A stretch of 64,000 nucleotides of DNA, taken from NCBI RefSeq assembly GCF_006345805.1, contig NC_043022.1, positions 21,142,001 to 21,206,000 of the forward strand. Direction: 5' to 3'. Below the pieces are notes generated by a model. That model searched no databases, was not told the origin of the DNA, and worked only from the letters and a program-made list of their open reading frames with translations. The stretch is from Octopus sinensis. Lineage: Eukaryota. Shown piece by piece: positions 1 to 14,640 of this stretch (positions are counted from its first letter, which is position 1; each line of letters starts with the position of its first letter). The position numbers were made by a program, and so were the translations under genes.

Positions 1-767
1 GATGGTGCCCCAGCATGGCCGCAGTCTAACGATTGAAACAAGTAAAAAATAAAAGATATAATCAGGGGGACTCATGTAGGTTGGTATCAAAAGGGTTAAC
101 AGAGTAATCTGAAGGTGAAAGAGTTAAAATTGAACTGCCAGGGGCAATCTCAGGTGGTTTGGGATAAAAAGGGTTAATTAATTGCTTTAAACAGACCAGA
201 ATCAGCAGGTAACTGGTTGCTAACCAGCAGGAAAAACAATAATCTTCTGCTAAATACCAACGGAAATAACTTATTTGCCAACAATATTTAAATCCCTGAT
301 ATCAAAACTCTTTAAAAGTTGTCAGAGAAGTAAGGAATGGGGACAATCTGGTGTAACAAAGAACTGTCGGTTAACTGAGCAATTAAAAAGACCACATAAA
401 AAAAATCAAGAAATCTTTAAGTAGAAATGCATTGATTACAAAACGCTTTTGCCAGCAGGGAATCTATATATAAACAAAGCAATACCTGTATTATGACAAG
501 TCTGAATGGAAATCATTGCATGACAGAGAGAGGATAAGGAAAACCTTTATCTGCTATACTCTTGTTTAGCTTTGAGTTCATAACAAATCATCATCATCAT
601 TGTTTAACGTCCGTTTTCCGCGCTGGCACGGGTTGGACGGTTCGACCGGGGTCTGGGAAGCCAGGGGCTGCACCAGGCTCCAGTCTGATCTGGCAGTGTT
701 TCTACAGCTGGATGCCCTTCCTAACGCCAACCACTCCGCAAACCATATTTGAATATAGGCGTAGGAG

Positions 768-1175
768 TGGCTGAGTGGTAAGTAGCTCGCTTACCAACCA
801 CATGGTTCCAGGTTCAGTCCCACTGCGTGGCACCTTGGGCAAGTGTCTTCTACTATAGCCTCGTGCCGAGCAAAGCCTTGTGAGTGGATTTGGTAGACGG
901 AGTTGAAAGAAGCCTGTCGTATATATGTGTGTATATATATATATACATGTACGTGTGTGTGTGTGTGTGTGTGTGTATGTGTCTGTCCCCCACCACCAAC
1001 ATTGCTTGACAACTGAAGCTGGTGGGCTTACGCTCCTGTAACTTAGTGGTTTGGCAAAAGAGACCGATAGAATAAGTACTAGGCTTACAAAGAATGAGTC
1101 CTGGGGTCGATTTGCTTGACTAAAGACGGTGCTCCAGCATGGCCACAGTCAAATGACTGAAACAAGTAAAAGAGA
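768..1175 (+). mobile_element. tRNA-derived SINE family A (many copies in window)
   Basis: Head ggcgcaggagtggctgtgtggtaag...ggttcagtccc with A/B boxes, internal (TA/TG)n, tail aaacaagtaaaagag. Other copies approx. 4108-4500+, 5821-6235-, 12200-12658-, 17818-18208+, 22432-22830+, 29760-30140+, 30808-31190+, 31595-31990+, 52455-52843-, 59830-60205-. Confidence 0.9.
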
Positions 1176-1715
1176 GAATAGGCACAGGGTTTGCTGTGCT
1201 GATGGAATTTTGCCTCCCAACCACACGGTTTGGGGTTCAGTCCCACTACTTGGCACATTGGGTAGGTGTATTTAAATATAGCTTCAAGCTGTCTAAAGCT
1301 TTGTGAGTAGATTTCATAGAAAGAAACTGAAAGAAGCCTGTGTAAGTATCCATGCTGGTGGCATGTAAAAGCACCTGTGTTAGTGCCGCTTAAAAGTGCC
1401 TGCGATGGTGCAATGAAAAAGCAACCATGACGGTGCCACATAAAAGGGCCCATGTTAGTGCCACATAAAAGCACCAGTAATGGTGTCACATAAAAGTGTC
1501 TCTGACGGTGCCATGTAAATCCATTTATGCCATCCCACATAAAAGTACCCACTCTGGTGTCATGTAAAAGCTCCCCGTACACTGTGTAAAGTGGTTAGGG
1601 TCAGAAAGGGCATCCAGCTGTAGAAATCAGGTCAAAACAGACAAACGGAGTCCAGGGAACTCACCAGCATGGAGAACCGATATATGATGCTGATGATCAT
1701 ATATATATATATATA

Positions 1716-2089
1716 TATAAGCTGAAGTTGTCTGTGTATGGCAGGTTTGGTAACCTTCAACTAACACTATCTCCTCGGAGACCCTGCAGCGCAAGTTGAC
1801 CAAAATTGAGAGTATGATAGAAGAAGGCTTGCTCTCCCTTCCGTAGAAGAAAATATTCAAATCGGACCATGTTAACACCAAAAATTATTTACATAAAAAA
1901 GGTGCTTTCTTTCTATGAAAATCCCTATTTTTTATGATTTTTTGACTGCTGTGTTGCCATTTTTCGGTGTATTTCAACCAGAAAAATGTTCACTTAATGA
2001 GAATAACAAGCTACATAATGCAAAATTTTTACTTTTCAAATTCTAAAGGGTCGAAACAAACCTGAGCAATGCCGGGCGATACTGCTAGT
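1716..2089 (+). mobile_element. Non-autonomous Helitron-like element (second copy ~26345-26716)
   Basis: Starts in TATATAAG; ends cctgagcaatgccggg...ctgCTAGT, the 3' hairpin + CTAG pattern of Helitrons; two dispersed copies. Confidence 0.6.
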
Positions 2090-2102
2090 ATATATATATA
2101 TA

Positions 2103-2593
2103 TCATCATCATCATCATCATCATTTAGCGTCCGTTTTCCATGCTAGCATGGGTTGGACGGTTCAACTGGGGTCTGGGGAGCCCGAAGGCTGCACCAGGC
2201 CAGTCAGATCTGGCAGTGTTTCTACAGCTGGATGCCCTTCCTAACGCCAACCACTCCGAGAGTGTAGTGGGTGATTTTATGTGCCACCGACACAGGTGCC
2301 AGACGAGGCTGGCGAACGGCCACGCTCGGATGGTGTTTTTATGTGCCACCGACACAGGTGCCAGACGAGGCTGGCAGACGGCCACGCTCGGATGGTGTTT
2401 TTATGTGCCACCGACACAGGTGCCAGATGAGGCTGGCGGACGGCCACGATCGGATGGTGTTTGTTACGTCCCCAAAGCACGGAGGCCAGTCTATGCGGTA
2501 CTGGCTACGGCCACGTTCGGATGATTTTCTTGTGTGCCACCGGCACTGGTACCAGAAAGATACAAATTCCATTGATGTTCATCTATTTTGATT

Positions 2594-2595
<2 letters not shown>
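2103..2595 (-). mobile_element. Retroposon family D with internal ggtggcacgtaaaaagcacc minisatellite and (GAT)n tail
   Basis: Tail ...ccaacccatgctagcatggaaa.cggacgttaaacgatgatg recurs many times (e.g. 28610-29060, 30320-30577, 35800-36550, 51410-51800, 53083-53600, 54270-54748). Confidence 0.8.
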
Positions 2596-2644
<49 letters not shown>

Positions 2645-5600
2645 GGGAGAGTTTACGAAAAAAACAAAAGACAAAGACAGGTGGTGTACAAAACAAATAG
2701 ATGTATTAGTATAACGCTCAGGAATAGAAAAATTCTTTTACGTTTCGAGCCTACGCTCTTCTACAGAAAGGGACACAGAAAAAACAAGGAGAGAAAAAAA
2801 ATGTGTGTAGTGGCTAACGATCTATCATGGCGACAGGAGGATAGTGAAAGAGTCAGCAGAAGTTTCGCCATTACCTTCTGCCGGAGCTGCATGGAGCTTA
2901 GGTGTTTCGCTCATAAACACACACATCGCCCGGTCTGAGATTCGAACCCGCGATCCCTTGACAGCGTGTCCGCTGCTCTAACTACTAGGCCATGTGCCTC
3001 CACATGTAAGGTTGGTGTAAGAGGCCACATCTGACCGGTTTAAGCATAAAACAGGTAGAATATTGTAGTGTAGTGTCTTGAGGAAGTCATTACACTAATA
3101 TTAATAACACACACACACTTATTCAATTCCACTCTTCTATTATTAGTTACCTGGTTAAATATTTATTCAATTACCTGAGCTGAGAGCCCCTTCGGTCATG
3201 ACTGACCATGGGATTGCACCTAGAAAATTACCCTCCCAGGCACAAGTCGGGGCAAGGTTGTTTTATGGAATACCAGCAGTCACCCATGCATACCAGCCTC
3301 CCGTTTCCACCCCACCAATGTTATCCAAGGGAAAGACAAAGGGGCCGATACAGCTTAGCACCCGTGATGTCGCAACTCATTTCTACAGCTGGGTTAACTG
3401 GAGCAACGTGAAATAAAGTGTCTTGCTCAAGAACACAACACGCAGCCTAGTCCGGGGTTCGAACTCACAACCTCACGATCGTAAGCTCAAAGCTCTTCCC
3501 ACTGAGCCATGCGCTTTTAATTACCTAATCAATCGTTTATTTAACTTGTCGGCTAAACAGTTAATTGTTTGTTTCCTTTTTTTGTTCATCAAAGTTATTT
3601 CCTTGTCATTCACAAACCTTTTCAGTGACTTTTCTCTTGTTTTATAACAGAGGCCGTGTCTGCCTGTCCGAGACACAAGAATTCACGCGGAAAATCTCGA
3701 AAACCAAATACAAAAATGAAACATTTAGAATACTGTTGCGTCTAGGAAGGTGAATGGCTCAGTGGTTAGAGCGTTGAGCTTATGATCGTGAGGTTGTGAG
3801 CTCGAATCCCGGACCAGGCTGTGTGTTGTGTTCTTCAGAAAGACACCTTATTTCACATTGCTCCAGTTCACTCAGGTGTAGAAATGAGTCGCGACGTCAC
3901 AGATGCCAAGCTGTATCGGCTCCTTTGTCTTTCCCTTGGATGACACCGGTGGCGTGGAGAGCGGTATGCAAGGGCGACTGCTGGTCTTCCATAAACAACC
4001 TTGCCCGGACTTGTGCCTGGGAGGGTAACTTTCTAGGTGCAATCTTATGGTCATTCATGACCAAAGGGGGTCTCAATAGGAACAGTCATTATGCCAATAT
4101 TAACAATGCGCAGGAGTGGCTGTGTGGTAAGTAGCTTGCTTACCAAACACATGGTTCAGGGTTCAGTCCCAATGCGTGGCATCTTGGGCAAGTGTCTTCT
4201 GCTATAGCCCCGGGCCGACCAATGCCTTGTGAGTGGATTTGGTAGACGGAAACTGAAAGAAGCCTGTCGTATATATGCATATATATATATGTATGTGTGT
4301 GTGTGTGTGTGTTTGTCCCCCTAGCATTGCTTGACAACCGATGCTGTTGTGTTTATGTCCCCGTTACTTTGCGGCTCAGCAAAAGAGACCGATAGAATAA
4401 GTACTGGGCTTACAAAGAATAAGTCCCGGGGGGTCGATCTGCTCGACTAAAGGCGGTGCTCCAGCATGGCCGCAGTCAAATGACTGAAACAAGCAAAAGA
4501 GAACACACACACACACCGGTTCAATTCCACTTTTTTATTATTGGTCAGTTGGTTAAATTAATCAAATGTGGGTTTAACTTGTTGGTTAAACAGCCAATCG
4601 TTTGTTTCTTGTTGTTTTTCTTTTTTGTTCATCAAAGTTATTCTTTGGCCATTTGCAATCTTTACTATGACTTCTTGCCCATTTTGTTACAGAGGGAGGC
4701 CATGTCTGCCTGTCCGAGACAAGAATTCATATAGAGAATCTTGAAAACCAAATACAAAAACAAAACAGGTAGACTATTTTTGCCAGCTACGGCCTGTTTA
4801 AACGCTAAAGGGTCAATCTATATATATATATGTATATATATATATATCACTGTGACCGACCAGGCTATCAGATGTTGCTACACATCGCTGGTCACAATGC
4901 ACTTCGCATTGTTTTAGCCTTCAAATGACGCCACCCCACTGGCTAAGCGAGCAGGCCAACAGAAGAAAGAGGGAGAGAAAGTTGCAGCGAAAGAGTACAG
5001 CAGGGATTGTCACCACCCCCTGCTGGAGCTTCGTGGGGCTTTAGGTGTTTTCGCTCAATAAACACTTACAACGCCCGGTCTGGGAATCGAAACCGCGATC
5101 CCGCTGCCCTAACCACTGGGCCATCGCGCCTCCATATATATATATATTAATAAATAAAACATATGCATATATATATACATATATGTACGTACCTACCTCT
5201 ACATGTATATATACACGCATATATGAGTACAGGACACCAAAAAAACATCGAACATAATGAGAAACGAAAACATAGACACAAACCCAAGGAACTGGACATT
5301 TTTCTTAAACAACAACAAAAATAGAGTACAGGACAAATAACACAAGGAAAAAAACCCTTCTTCAGTCGCCATGGTTTCATCTACTCTACATTTCGACAGT
5401 TATCATCCATGTGCAACATTTCACATCAGACAAGTATGCTCCCACAACAGAGACCTCAAAATATTTTCTAATGGAGATATGCCAATCTGTTCTCCTTCAA
5501 AGACATTGTCGCTCTACATACCAACCAATTACTGATGCAATTAACTCTTCCTATGCATAGTCTCTCTCTCTCTCCCTCTCTGCATCAACCTTGAAGTCAA

Positions 5601-7352
5601 GGATATTTTCACGATCTGTTCTTCACCTACTATTGTTAGTGACGATCCGATGATTCACGGCTTTACCTCCTGATGTTAGAAAAGAACTTTAGTAGGTGCA
5701 GGCATGGATGGCTGTGAGGTTAAGAAGCTTGCTTTCTAACCATGAGGTTTTGGGTTCAGTCCCACTGTGCAGTACCGTGGGCAAATGTCTTCTACTATAG
5801 GCAAGGGCCAACCAAAACCTTTCTCTTTACTCTTTTACTTGTTTCAGTCATTTGACTGCGGCCAGGCTGGAGCAAAGCCTTTAATCGAGCAACTCAACTC
5901 AGGGACTTATTCTTTGTAAGCCCAGTACTTATTCTATCGGACTCTTTTTGCTGAACCACTAAGTGACGGGGACGTAAACACACCAGCATCGGTTGTCAAG
6001 TGATGTTGGATGGGACAAACACAGACACACAAACATACATGCACACATGCATACATATATATATACATATATATGACGGGCTTCTTTCAGTTTCCATCTA
6101 CCAAATCCACTCACAAGTCTTTGGTCAGCCCAAGGCTATAGTATAAGACACTTGCCCAAGGTGCCACGCAGTGGGACTGAACCCAGAACCATGTGGTTGG
6201 TAAACAAGCTACTTACCACACAGCCACTCCTGCACCTTATTGAGAAAATTCGATAAATTGAAACTGAAAGAGGTCCATTGTGTGTGTGTCATCATCATCA
6301 TCGTCGTTTAACGTCTGCTTTCCATGCTGGCATGGGTTGGACGGTTTGACTGAGGACTGGCGAGCCAAAAGGCTAGTCTATATATGTATGTATGTATATA
6401 TAAATATATAGCAAGAGAGAGAGAGACAAATGTGTGTCTTTGTGTTTGTTCCTCACCACTGCTTGACAACCAGTGTTGGTTTGTTTACATTCCTGTAACT
6501 TAGCAGTTCAGCAAAAGATACTGATAGAATAAGTGCCTGGTTGTTTTGACGTGGTGTTTATGGCTGGATGCCCCACCTAACACTAACCACTTTCAAAGAG
6601 TTGGGTGGGTGCTTTTTACATGGTCAGCAGTACTGGTAAAGTCTGCTTTGGCATACTGCTTTACAGCTGGATGCCCTCCCAAATGCCAACCACTTTACAG
6701 AGTGGGGCTGGTTGCTTTTTATGTGGCAACAGCACCAGTGAGGTCACCATGTAACTTGCAAGACAAAGATCTTTTGAGAGGGTGGAGTACTGGAGGCAGT
6801 GGCTTCGTGCCAGGTGATGATGACGAGAGATTAGAGTATGACAGAAGGACAAAAAACAGGTGTCTTGCTGTAGAGGAGAGAGTTGGGAGGGAGGGAGAGA
6901 TCAAGAATAACAGAAAACAAGAGTGAAAGACAATGAGAGAAATAGTGGCAATGTGCCAGGGCATACTATCAAGGTGTAGGGATAAGAAATATATATATAT
7001 ATATATATTTATCATATATTTTATATAGTATAATATGTATATATATATATATATAAATTTTGTGTGTTGCATTCCATTACTTGATAAATGAAAAATGTAT
7101 AAACAAGTGACGTAGCGTATACGGAATGTCCAAAATTCTTTGTCAGTTATCGACTAATTGGTACTGTTCAGTTTTGCACCTTTAACAATAAGACTAAGTG
7201 CTTCCCAATTGGCAATGCCCGTAGAAAAGTTTTCTTGTGTAGAATTAGGGACGAGTGCAAACAAAAGGAAACAAAACGACACAGAGGGTGACTTAGGGCA
7301 ATGGACGAGGATGAACGGTTGAACAAAATACAGCGTTGGGGCTAAGAAGACA

Positions 7353-7389
<37 letters not shown>

Positions 7390-7961
7390 TAATAAATAAA
7401 ACATATGCATATATATATACATATATGTACGTACCTACCTCTACATGTATATATACACGCATATATGAGTACAGGACACCAAAGGGACGTCGAACACAAT
7501 GAGAAACGAAAACATAGACACAAACCCAAGGAACTGGACATTTTTCTTAAACAACAAAAAAATAGAGTACAGGACAAATAACACAAGGAAAAAAACCCTT
7601 CTTCAGTCGCCATGGTGAAGGTAAAGAATACGCACACCCGGTGTTTAGGGTTAGGTTTAGGATTAGAATTAGGGATTAGAGTTACGCCAAAAAACGGGTG
7701 GTGTGTATATTATTTACCTCCACACACACACAAATATATATATATATAATTTAAAAATAGAATAAAGTCTTTATAAGAATTTATCAAGTTGTTAGCATGA
7801 AAAACCTCATAAGGGAAAATTTATGAATTATTCCCTTTAAATTTATTTATATTAAAGGCATTACTATACATAAATGCCTCATGTACAATGCTTTTATCAT
7901 GGTAGTTTTGACTTTAAGAGTCCCTCCTAGCGTCAGGCATTTATGTATAGTAATGCCCTTA

Positions 7962-8009
<48 letters not shown>

Positions 8010-8918
8010 TCTATTTTTTTATCCTTAAACAACCCTGAGGATGTTTTTGTCGAGTTATAAGGGTAACCCCAATTAAGGGTTATATTTTAAAAACTCACTA
8101 TATATTACATGTGTGACCCTGCTCCCCTAAGATACCCTCACCCATTCATAGTGTTAGAAATACAGGTATCTTTTCTTTTTAATAAATATACAAAGTTCAT
8201 AAAGGTTAGCGGCTTATTATTTTTAATTAATTAATATAATTCAATTGGTTTCTGTCGTTAGACTGCGGTCATGGTGCGAGTGACTAGTAGTAAGAAAATG
8301 TAAATAATACGAGGAAACCGCCAGTGTTACTCATACTCGGAGATAAACAAAGAAGCATTTATCATCGTTTTAAACTGTAATAAAAATAAGAATGAAATTA
8401 TTGTATACAGTGCTCAGGTGCACCACAGGTAGAATGCTTTAAGTAATATGTAAATACTAGTTTTAAAATCCTTTTAAATAGAAAAAGTTTATGTACTTCG
8501 AGTTCTACACTTTTTGCAACGAATTATTTCACGTTTATACGAAATTTTAAAATTCCTATGTCGTAAACGATATATATTGTTGTATTTGAGGATTGTCCTA
8601 TACCTACATACACGCACTCTCTGTCAATTTATATTCATGTATGTTATTTTGTAATAGTTACTGGTTATTCTAATATATTAATATATTTTATATCTTATAT
8701 GTAAAGCATAATATGTTATACATGTATGTATATTATTGTAATTGTCAGTTTAGTAAATAAATAAATAAGTTAACATAATATAATGTCTAAAAGTTGATGA
8801 ACCACCTATTGATCCCCTCCATTTTATACTTTTTATACACCGTATCTATATGCTTGTACAGGTGTTATCTTCTGAATAAGTTTTTGTAACTACATATATC
8901 CCTATATGTGTGTGTGTA

Positions 8919-8969
<51 letters not shown>

Positions 8970-9306
8970 ACGATATACTTTTTATGCCCCATGTAAAAGT
9001 AAATTTATCAATATACATTTTGAAATATCTATATGCTTGTACAGGTGTCTATCTTCTAAATAAGTTTTTGTAACTATATATATATATATATATATAATAT
9101 ATATATATACATATATATATATCCCGATATGTGTATGTGTATTATATATATTATACATACATACAGAAGATAAATACATGTGTACAACGATATCCTTTTT
9201 ATACACCGTGTAAAAGTAAATTTATATGCTTGTACAAGTGTTTATGTTCTGAATAAGTTTTCGTAACTATATATATATATATATATCCCTATATGTGTGT
9301 GTGTGT

Positions 9307-9340
<34 letters not shown>

Positions 9341-9470
9341 GAGGATAAATACACATGTACAACGATATACTTTTTATACTCCATGTAAAAGTAAATTTAT
9401 CAATATACATTTTGAAATATCTATACGCTTGTACAGGTGTTTATCTTCTAAATAAGTTTTTGTATCTATC

Positions 9471-9534
<64 letters not shown>

Positions 9535-10097
9535 TTATATGTGTGTGTGTACATACATAAACACACAAAAGCATCTGGATGTGTTGTTGTTTAGCTTAAG
9601 AACCCCCGATCGATCAAACTGAAGATTGAAGCGGTTCCAGTCGTCTTATTTTATTTTTATATCCAACATAAACGTTACCTCATGCATATTTCCCCAGCAC
9701 CTATTCCCACCTGCTTCCCCGAGCCCGCCACATAATCAATAAGGTGCGATTAGAGAGAGCAAGCTGCTATTTCCAGCATATCGAGGGACCGCATTTAAAA
9801 AAAAAAACAACCTCAAACTCTACCTTGATTTGTATATTTGTGTGTGAATGTGTTTGTGGATAATATACACAAAGAAACAAACATTTTAAAAAGAAAATAA
9901 GTGCACGATGATAAATCGAGCCAAGTGGTTGGTGGTGCACCTGAGCACTGTATACAATAATTTCATTATTATTATTATTTTAGTACTTAAATATAGTTTT
10001 GTAAACCTTTCTCAAATACTTTTACCAATATTAAAGCAAATGTTTATGTTCTGAATAAGTTTTCGTAACTATATATATATATTCCTATGAGTGTGTG

Positions 10098-10152
<55 letters not shown>

Positions 10153-10932
10153 TAGATAGATAGATATAGATATTCAGATGATAAATACCTGTGTAATACA
10201 TGTGTGTTTCATGTCATTAAATAACATACCTGTTTGTGTATAGGAGAGAAAGATAGAAGAGGAAAGAATGTACGGAAGAGAAATAGAAAGAGCATAAAAA
10301 GAAGAGAAATAACAATTGCTAATTGTTGTTTGTAAGTTCTGAATTACTTTGGGTAAGGCAATTAAGAAGGCAAATCCTTCAGTCATAAGTCTTAATTCAG
10401 GAAATTCTCCCCATTATTTCACTTTAAAAGGTACTAGTGATTGTAATTAACGTTTTTGTATTAATAATAACAGTTTATATATCCGTTAAGTAATATATTA
10501 AGTTTGTTATACGTCCAGGTAATTAACAACCAACAGGTAGGTTAATTGCTGTGGAAGGATGGGGGGGAGATGATACTGACTTCGTTTCATTGTGAAAAAA
10601 GAAAAGCAAAATAGCAATTATAAACGTGGTAATTTTTTTTACCTGTGTGTCTGGTACTGATTGAGATTTTCTCAATTTTGGTTTGTTCTGGTTATTTCCC
10701 ATTTTCTATTGGAATTCAAATAAACAAGGCGCCACGCCATTATGAAAGTTTCTCATCGTCAAAGGTAAAGCAAACCATCACAATGAGCTGAAGGTGCAGT
10801 CAAAAAATAGGAATAGCGAAACGAATTAACGAAACGAAATACATGTCGCTTTGTTGATGTAAAATTATAAGAGTTTAAATGGAGATAAGCATTAGGCAGT
10901 TTTCAACACAGTTTCTAGTTAACTAAACACTT

Positions 10933-11214
10933 TTAAACTTCGTATATTGCTAGAATGTGTTTATAAAACATTATTTTTTCTTGGCTTTATTGAGAAAATT
11001 CTATAAACTTCGTATACTGGTAGAATGTGTTTATAAAACATTATTTTTTCTTGGCTTTATTGAGAAAATTCTATAAACTTCGTATACTGGTAGAGTGTGT
11101 TTATAAAACATTATTTTTTCTTGGCTTTATTGAGAAAATTCTATAAACTTCGTATACTGGTAGAATGTGTTTATAAAACATTATTTTTTCTTAGCTTTAT
11201 TGAGAAAATTCTAT
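10933..11214. repeat. 4 x ~70-bp tandem repeat of a GGATC-MITE internal segment
   Basis: taaacttcgtatactggtagaatgtgtttataaaacattattttttcttggctttattgagaaaattcta repeated; matches ~16896-16967. Confidence 0.85.
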
Positions 11215-12410
11215 ATGTTGTAACATATTTCGCCTTTAATTTCGAGCATTTCGGCAATTTTAACCAATCAAAAGACCCAAACATTTTTAAATGAAACATT
11301 AGAGAAATTTTTTAAAAAAAGAAGATAGTCATACCTGCCATATAAATTTAAGAATATTGATAAAATAATTAATTCATATATATATACAGATATATAAATA
11401 TACAGATGCACACTCACAGATATATATATAGTAATACTAAGTAATTAAGGGTTTAGCAACGATTTGCCTCACCACACACCGAATTTAGAAATAGCAGTCA
11501 AAGAGTTATGGCTATTCTTTCTACTTAAAAGGGAGATCCCAGTAAAACCACAGCGCTTAAAAGTGTATATATATATACATTTACAAATATCTACACACAA
11601 AAAAATACACAATCCCACAACAAGTGGGTTCGAAACTCATAAGCAGTCTTCGCCTTTTTTTCTATACAAAGGGGCATTTTTAAAAATTTAATACTTACAC
11701 GCTATTATCCATATCTACTTCGAGTGCCAACGTTAAAACGAATTAGTCCACGTCTTTCGAAGTTTCTAAATTTCTATACTGTAACCCCACCACCACCACA
11801 TACACACACACACATACGCGCGCGCGCGAAATTGTTACGATCTGTAGACGAAAACCGAAGGAGGAGGAACATGTCCACGTCTCCTATGCGATTTTTCTGC
11901 GTGTTCCTATGCAATTAATTAATCTTATCGCTGGTCTTATCGCTAAGCGAGCAGGCCAACAGAAGAAAGAGTGGTGAAGGATTACAGCAGGGATCACCAC
12001 CATCCCCTGCCGGAGCCTCGCGGAGCTTTTAGGTGTTTTCGCTCAATAAACACTAACAACGCCCTGTCCGGGAATCGAAACCGCGCTCCTACGACCGCGA
12101 GTCCGCTGCCCTAACCACTGGGCCATTGAGCCTTCCACACACACACAGACACACACATATAATATATTATTATTATTATCATTATTATTATTATTATTAC
12201 TCTTTTTTACTCTTTTACTTGTTTCAGTCATTTGACTGCGGCCATGCTGGAGCACCACCTTTTAGTCGAGCAAATCGACCCCGGGACTTATTCTTTTTGT
12301 AAGCCCAGTACTTATTCTATCGGTCTTTTTGCAAAACCGCTAAGTGACGGGGAAGTAAACACACCAGCATCGGTTGTCAAGCAATGCTAGGGGGACAAAC
12401 ACAGACACAA

Positions 12411-12488
<78 letters not shown>

Positions 12489-12782
12489 TTATATACGACA
12501 GGCTTCTTTCAGTTTCCGTCTACCAAATTCACTTACAAGGCATTGGTCGGTCCGGGGCTATAGCAGAAAACACTTGCCCAAGATGACACACAGTGGGACT
12601 GAACCCGGAACCATGTGGTTGGTAAACAAGCTACTTACCACACAGCCACTCCTGCGCCTATTATTATTATTATTATTATTAAATGAGAGAACAGTGCATG
12701 CCATCAAAGTGACACTGGGGTAAAATATACGAAGCCCAGTATACCCATCATGACTACCCGTCTGATAAGGGTACACCAGGCA

Positions 12783-12815
<33 letters not shown>

Positions 12816-13676
12816 CTTTTGAGTACTGGGGTCGATGTAATCGACTTGCCCCTTCCTCCAAAATTTAAAATCTTTCTCCTATAGTATAGAAAGGATTATT
12901 GTCGTTAATATATTTAATTTGGTGATATTAATTTTTTTAATCTAAAAGCTGAGAGAGAGAGAGAAAGACAGACAGAAACAGACATAGAGTCAATCTATTA
13001 GATAGCGATGCAAGGGAAATAACTCTTATAAAGTATCTACAAAGTTCTTTCCCTTTGACCGTTAAGCTTTGTGATGTATATTATGTTTGCAAGTGTATTG
13101 GTGATAGTACATTAGGGTATTAACAATTAATGAAATTAATGATATAAGAGCGAAAAGTCTTCTCGATTAATTACAAGTTCTCCGACTACCTCTTGTCCAA
13201 ACAGCGCTGGATATTGTCCGTTCACTGTATTATTTGTTTGCCTTGTCTTAAAGCGACGAAAATATTTTGACAAATTAAACTTAAATGTTGAAGTGAATCG
13301 AACGGCTTTTGTGTGTTTCTTAAATGGCTTACAAACACCTTCCACGCTGCAATTGTTTTCTACTCTTACTTCCATGATAATGCTTTCCTCTGCTTCTTCG
13401 AATATGGCCATGATAGACGAACTTTTGTTTTGCACTATGCTTTGTCGCAGTCATTTTCTACCTACTTGTAACACCCATTACGATGGTCCTTGTAAGAGAC
13501 TCGTAACATTCTCCAACACATAAATGTGAAACAAGGTGGAAATAAAGAGTACTCAAATACCAGGGGTAGAGTAATATGCTTTATTTAAAAGCAGCAAAAA
13601 ATCAACAGAAGTTTAAAATTTTGACAAAACTGTCCGACGAACGAGTTTTGTTGAATTTCTGCTGCTTTTAAATAAC

Positions 13677-13711
<35 letters not shown>

Positions 13712-13889
13712 ACATTACTCTTTTATGTACACTTTTTTATGTACATTCCCTATGTACACTGATTTGTTCTGCTTTTTTATGTTTAACCCTACAGTCTCTT
13801 ATGTGGTGGTTTAATAAGTATGTGATTGAGTATTATCTGATAATTGATATTTGATTTAGATGTATGTCTCCATTTTCTTATCTTGTATG

Positions 13890-13945
<56 letters not shown>

Positions 13946-14440
13946 TGAAAATGGAGAGATTCAATAGATATAGATTAATTTATTAATTGTGGTAAGTAGC
14001 TTCCTTACCAACCACATGGTTCCGGGTTCAGTCCCACTGCGTGGCACCTTGGGCAAGTGACTTCTACTAATTATAGCCTCGGGCTGACCAAAGTCTTGTG
14101 AGGGGATTTGGTTGACGGAAACTGAAAGAAGCCCGTCGTATGTATGTATGTATGTATGTATGTATGTATGTATGTATGTATGTATGTATGTATGTATGTA
14201 TGTATGTAGTATGTATGTATATGTGCGTGTGTGTTTGTTTGTCCCCCAACATCGCTTGACAATCGATGCTGGTGTGTTTATGTCCCCATAACCTAGTGGT
14301 TCGGCAAAAGAGACCGATAGAATAAGTACTAGTCTCACAAAGAATAAGTCCTGGGGACGATTTGCTCGACTAAAGGTGGTGCTCCAACACGGCCACAAGT
14401 GAAAGAGTAATTGTTTTTACAGGCATACCTACGTATGTAT

Positions 14441-14640
14441 GCCACCCCCCGGATTTCCACTTATTCAGGTCTCTGCAGAATAGTCTTAATGGTAAAGATT
14501 TCAATTCCTTGGATGACGTAAAAAGATAGCTTGATGAATTCTTTGCCATGAAACCACCTCAATTCTGGGGAAGAGGGTATTTTCAAGTTAAAGGAAAGAT
14601 GGAGATGCATTGTGCAACAAAATGGCTCATATTTGGTTGA
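14441..14640 (+). pseudogene. Mariner transposase C-terminal fragment
   Basis: Translates PPDFHLFRSLQNSLNGKDFNSLDDVKR*LDEFFAMKPPQFW(fs)EEGIFKLKERWRCIVQQNGSY, a typical mariner C-terminus, with a stop and a frameshift. Confidence 0.85.

Noticed and set aside
13136-13523. 99-aa ORF in unique-looking sequence
   Set aside because: No recognisable domain or convincing splice sites; an adjacent frame gives a short MLRVSYKDH stretch resembling a LINE remnant.
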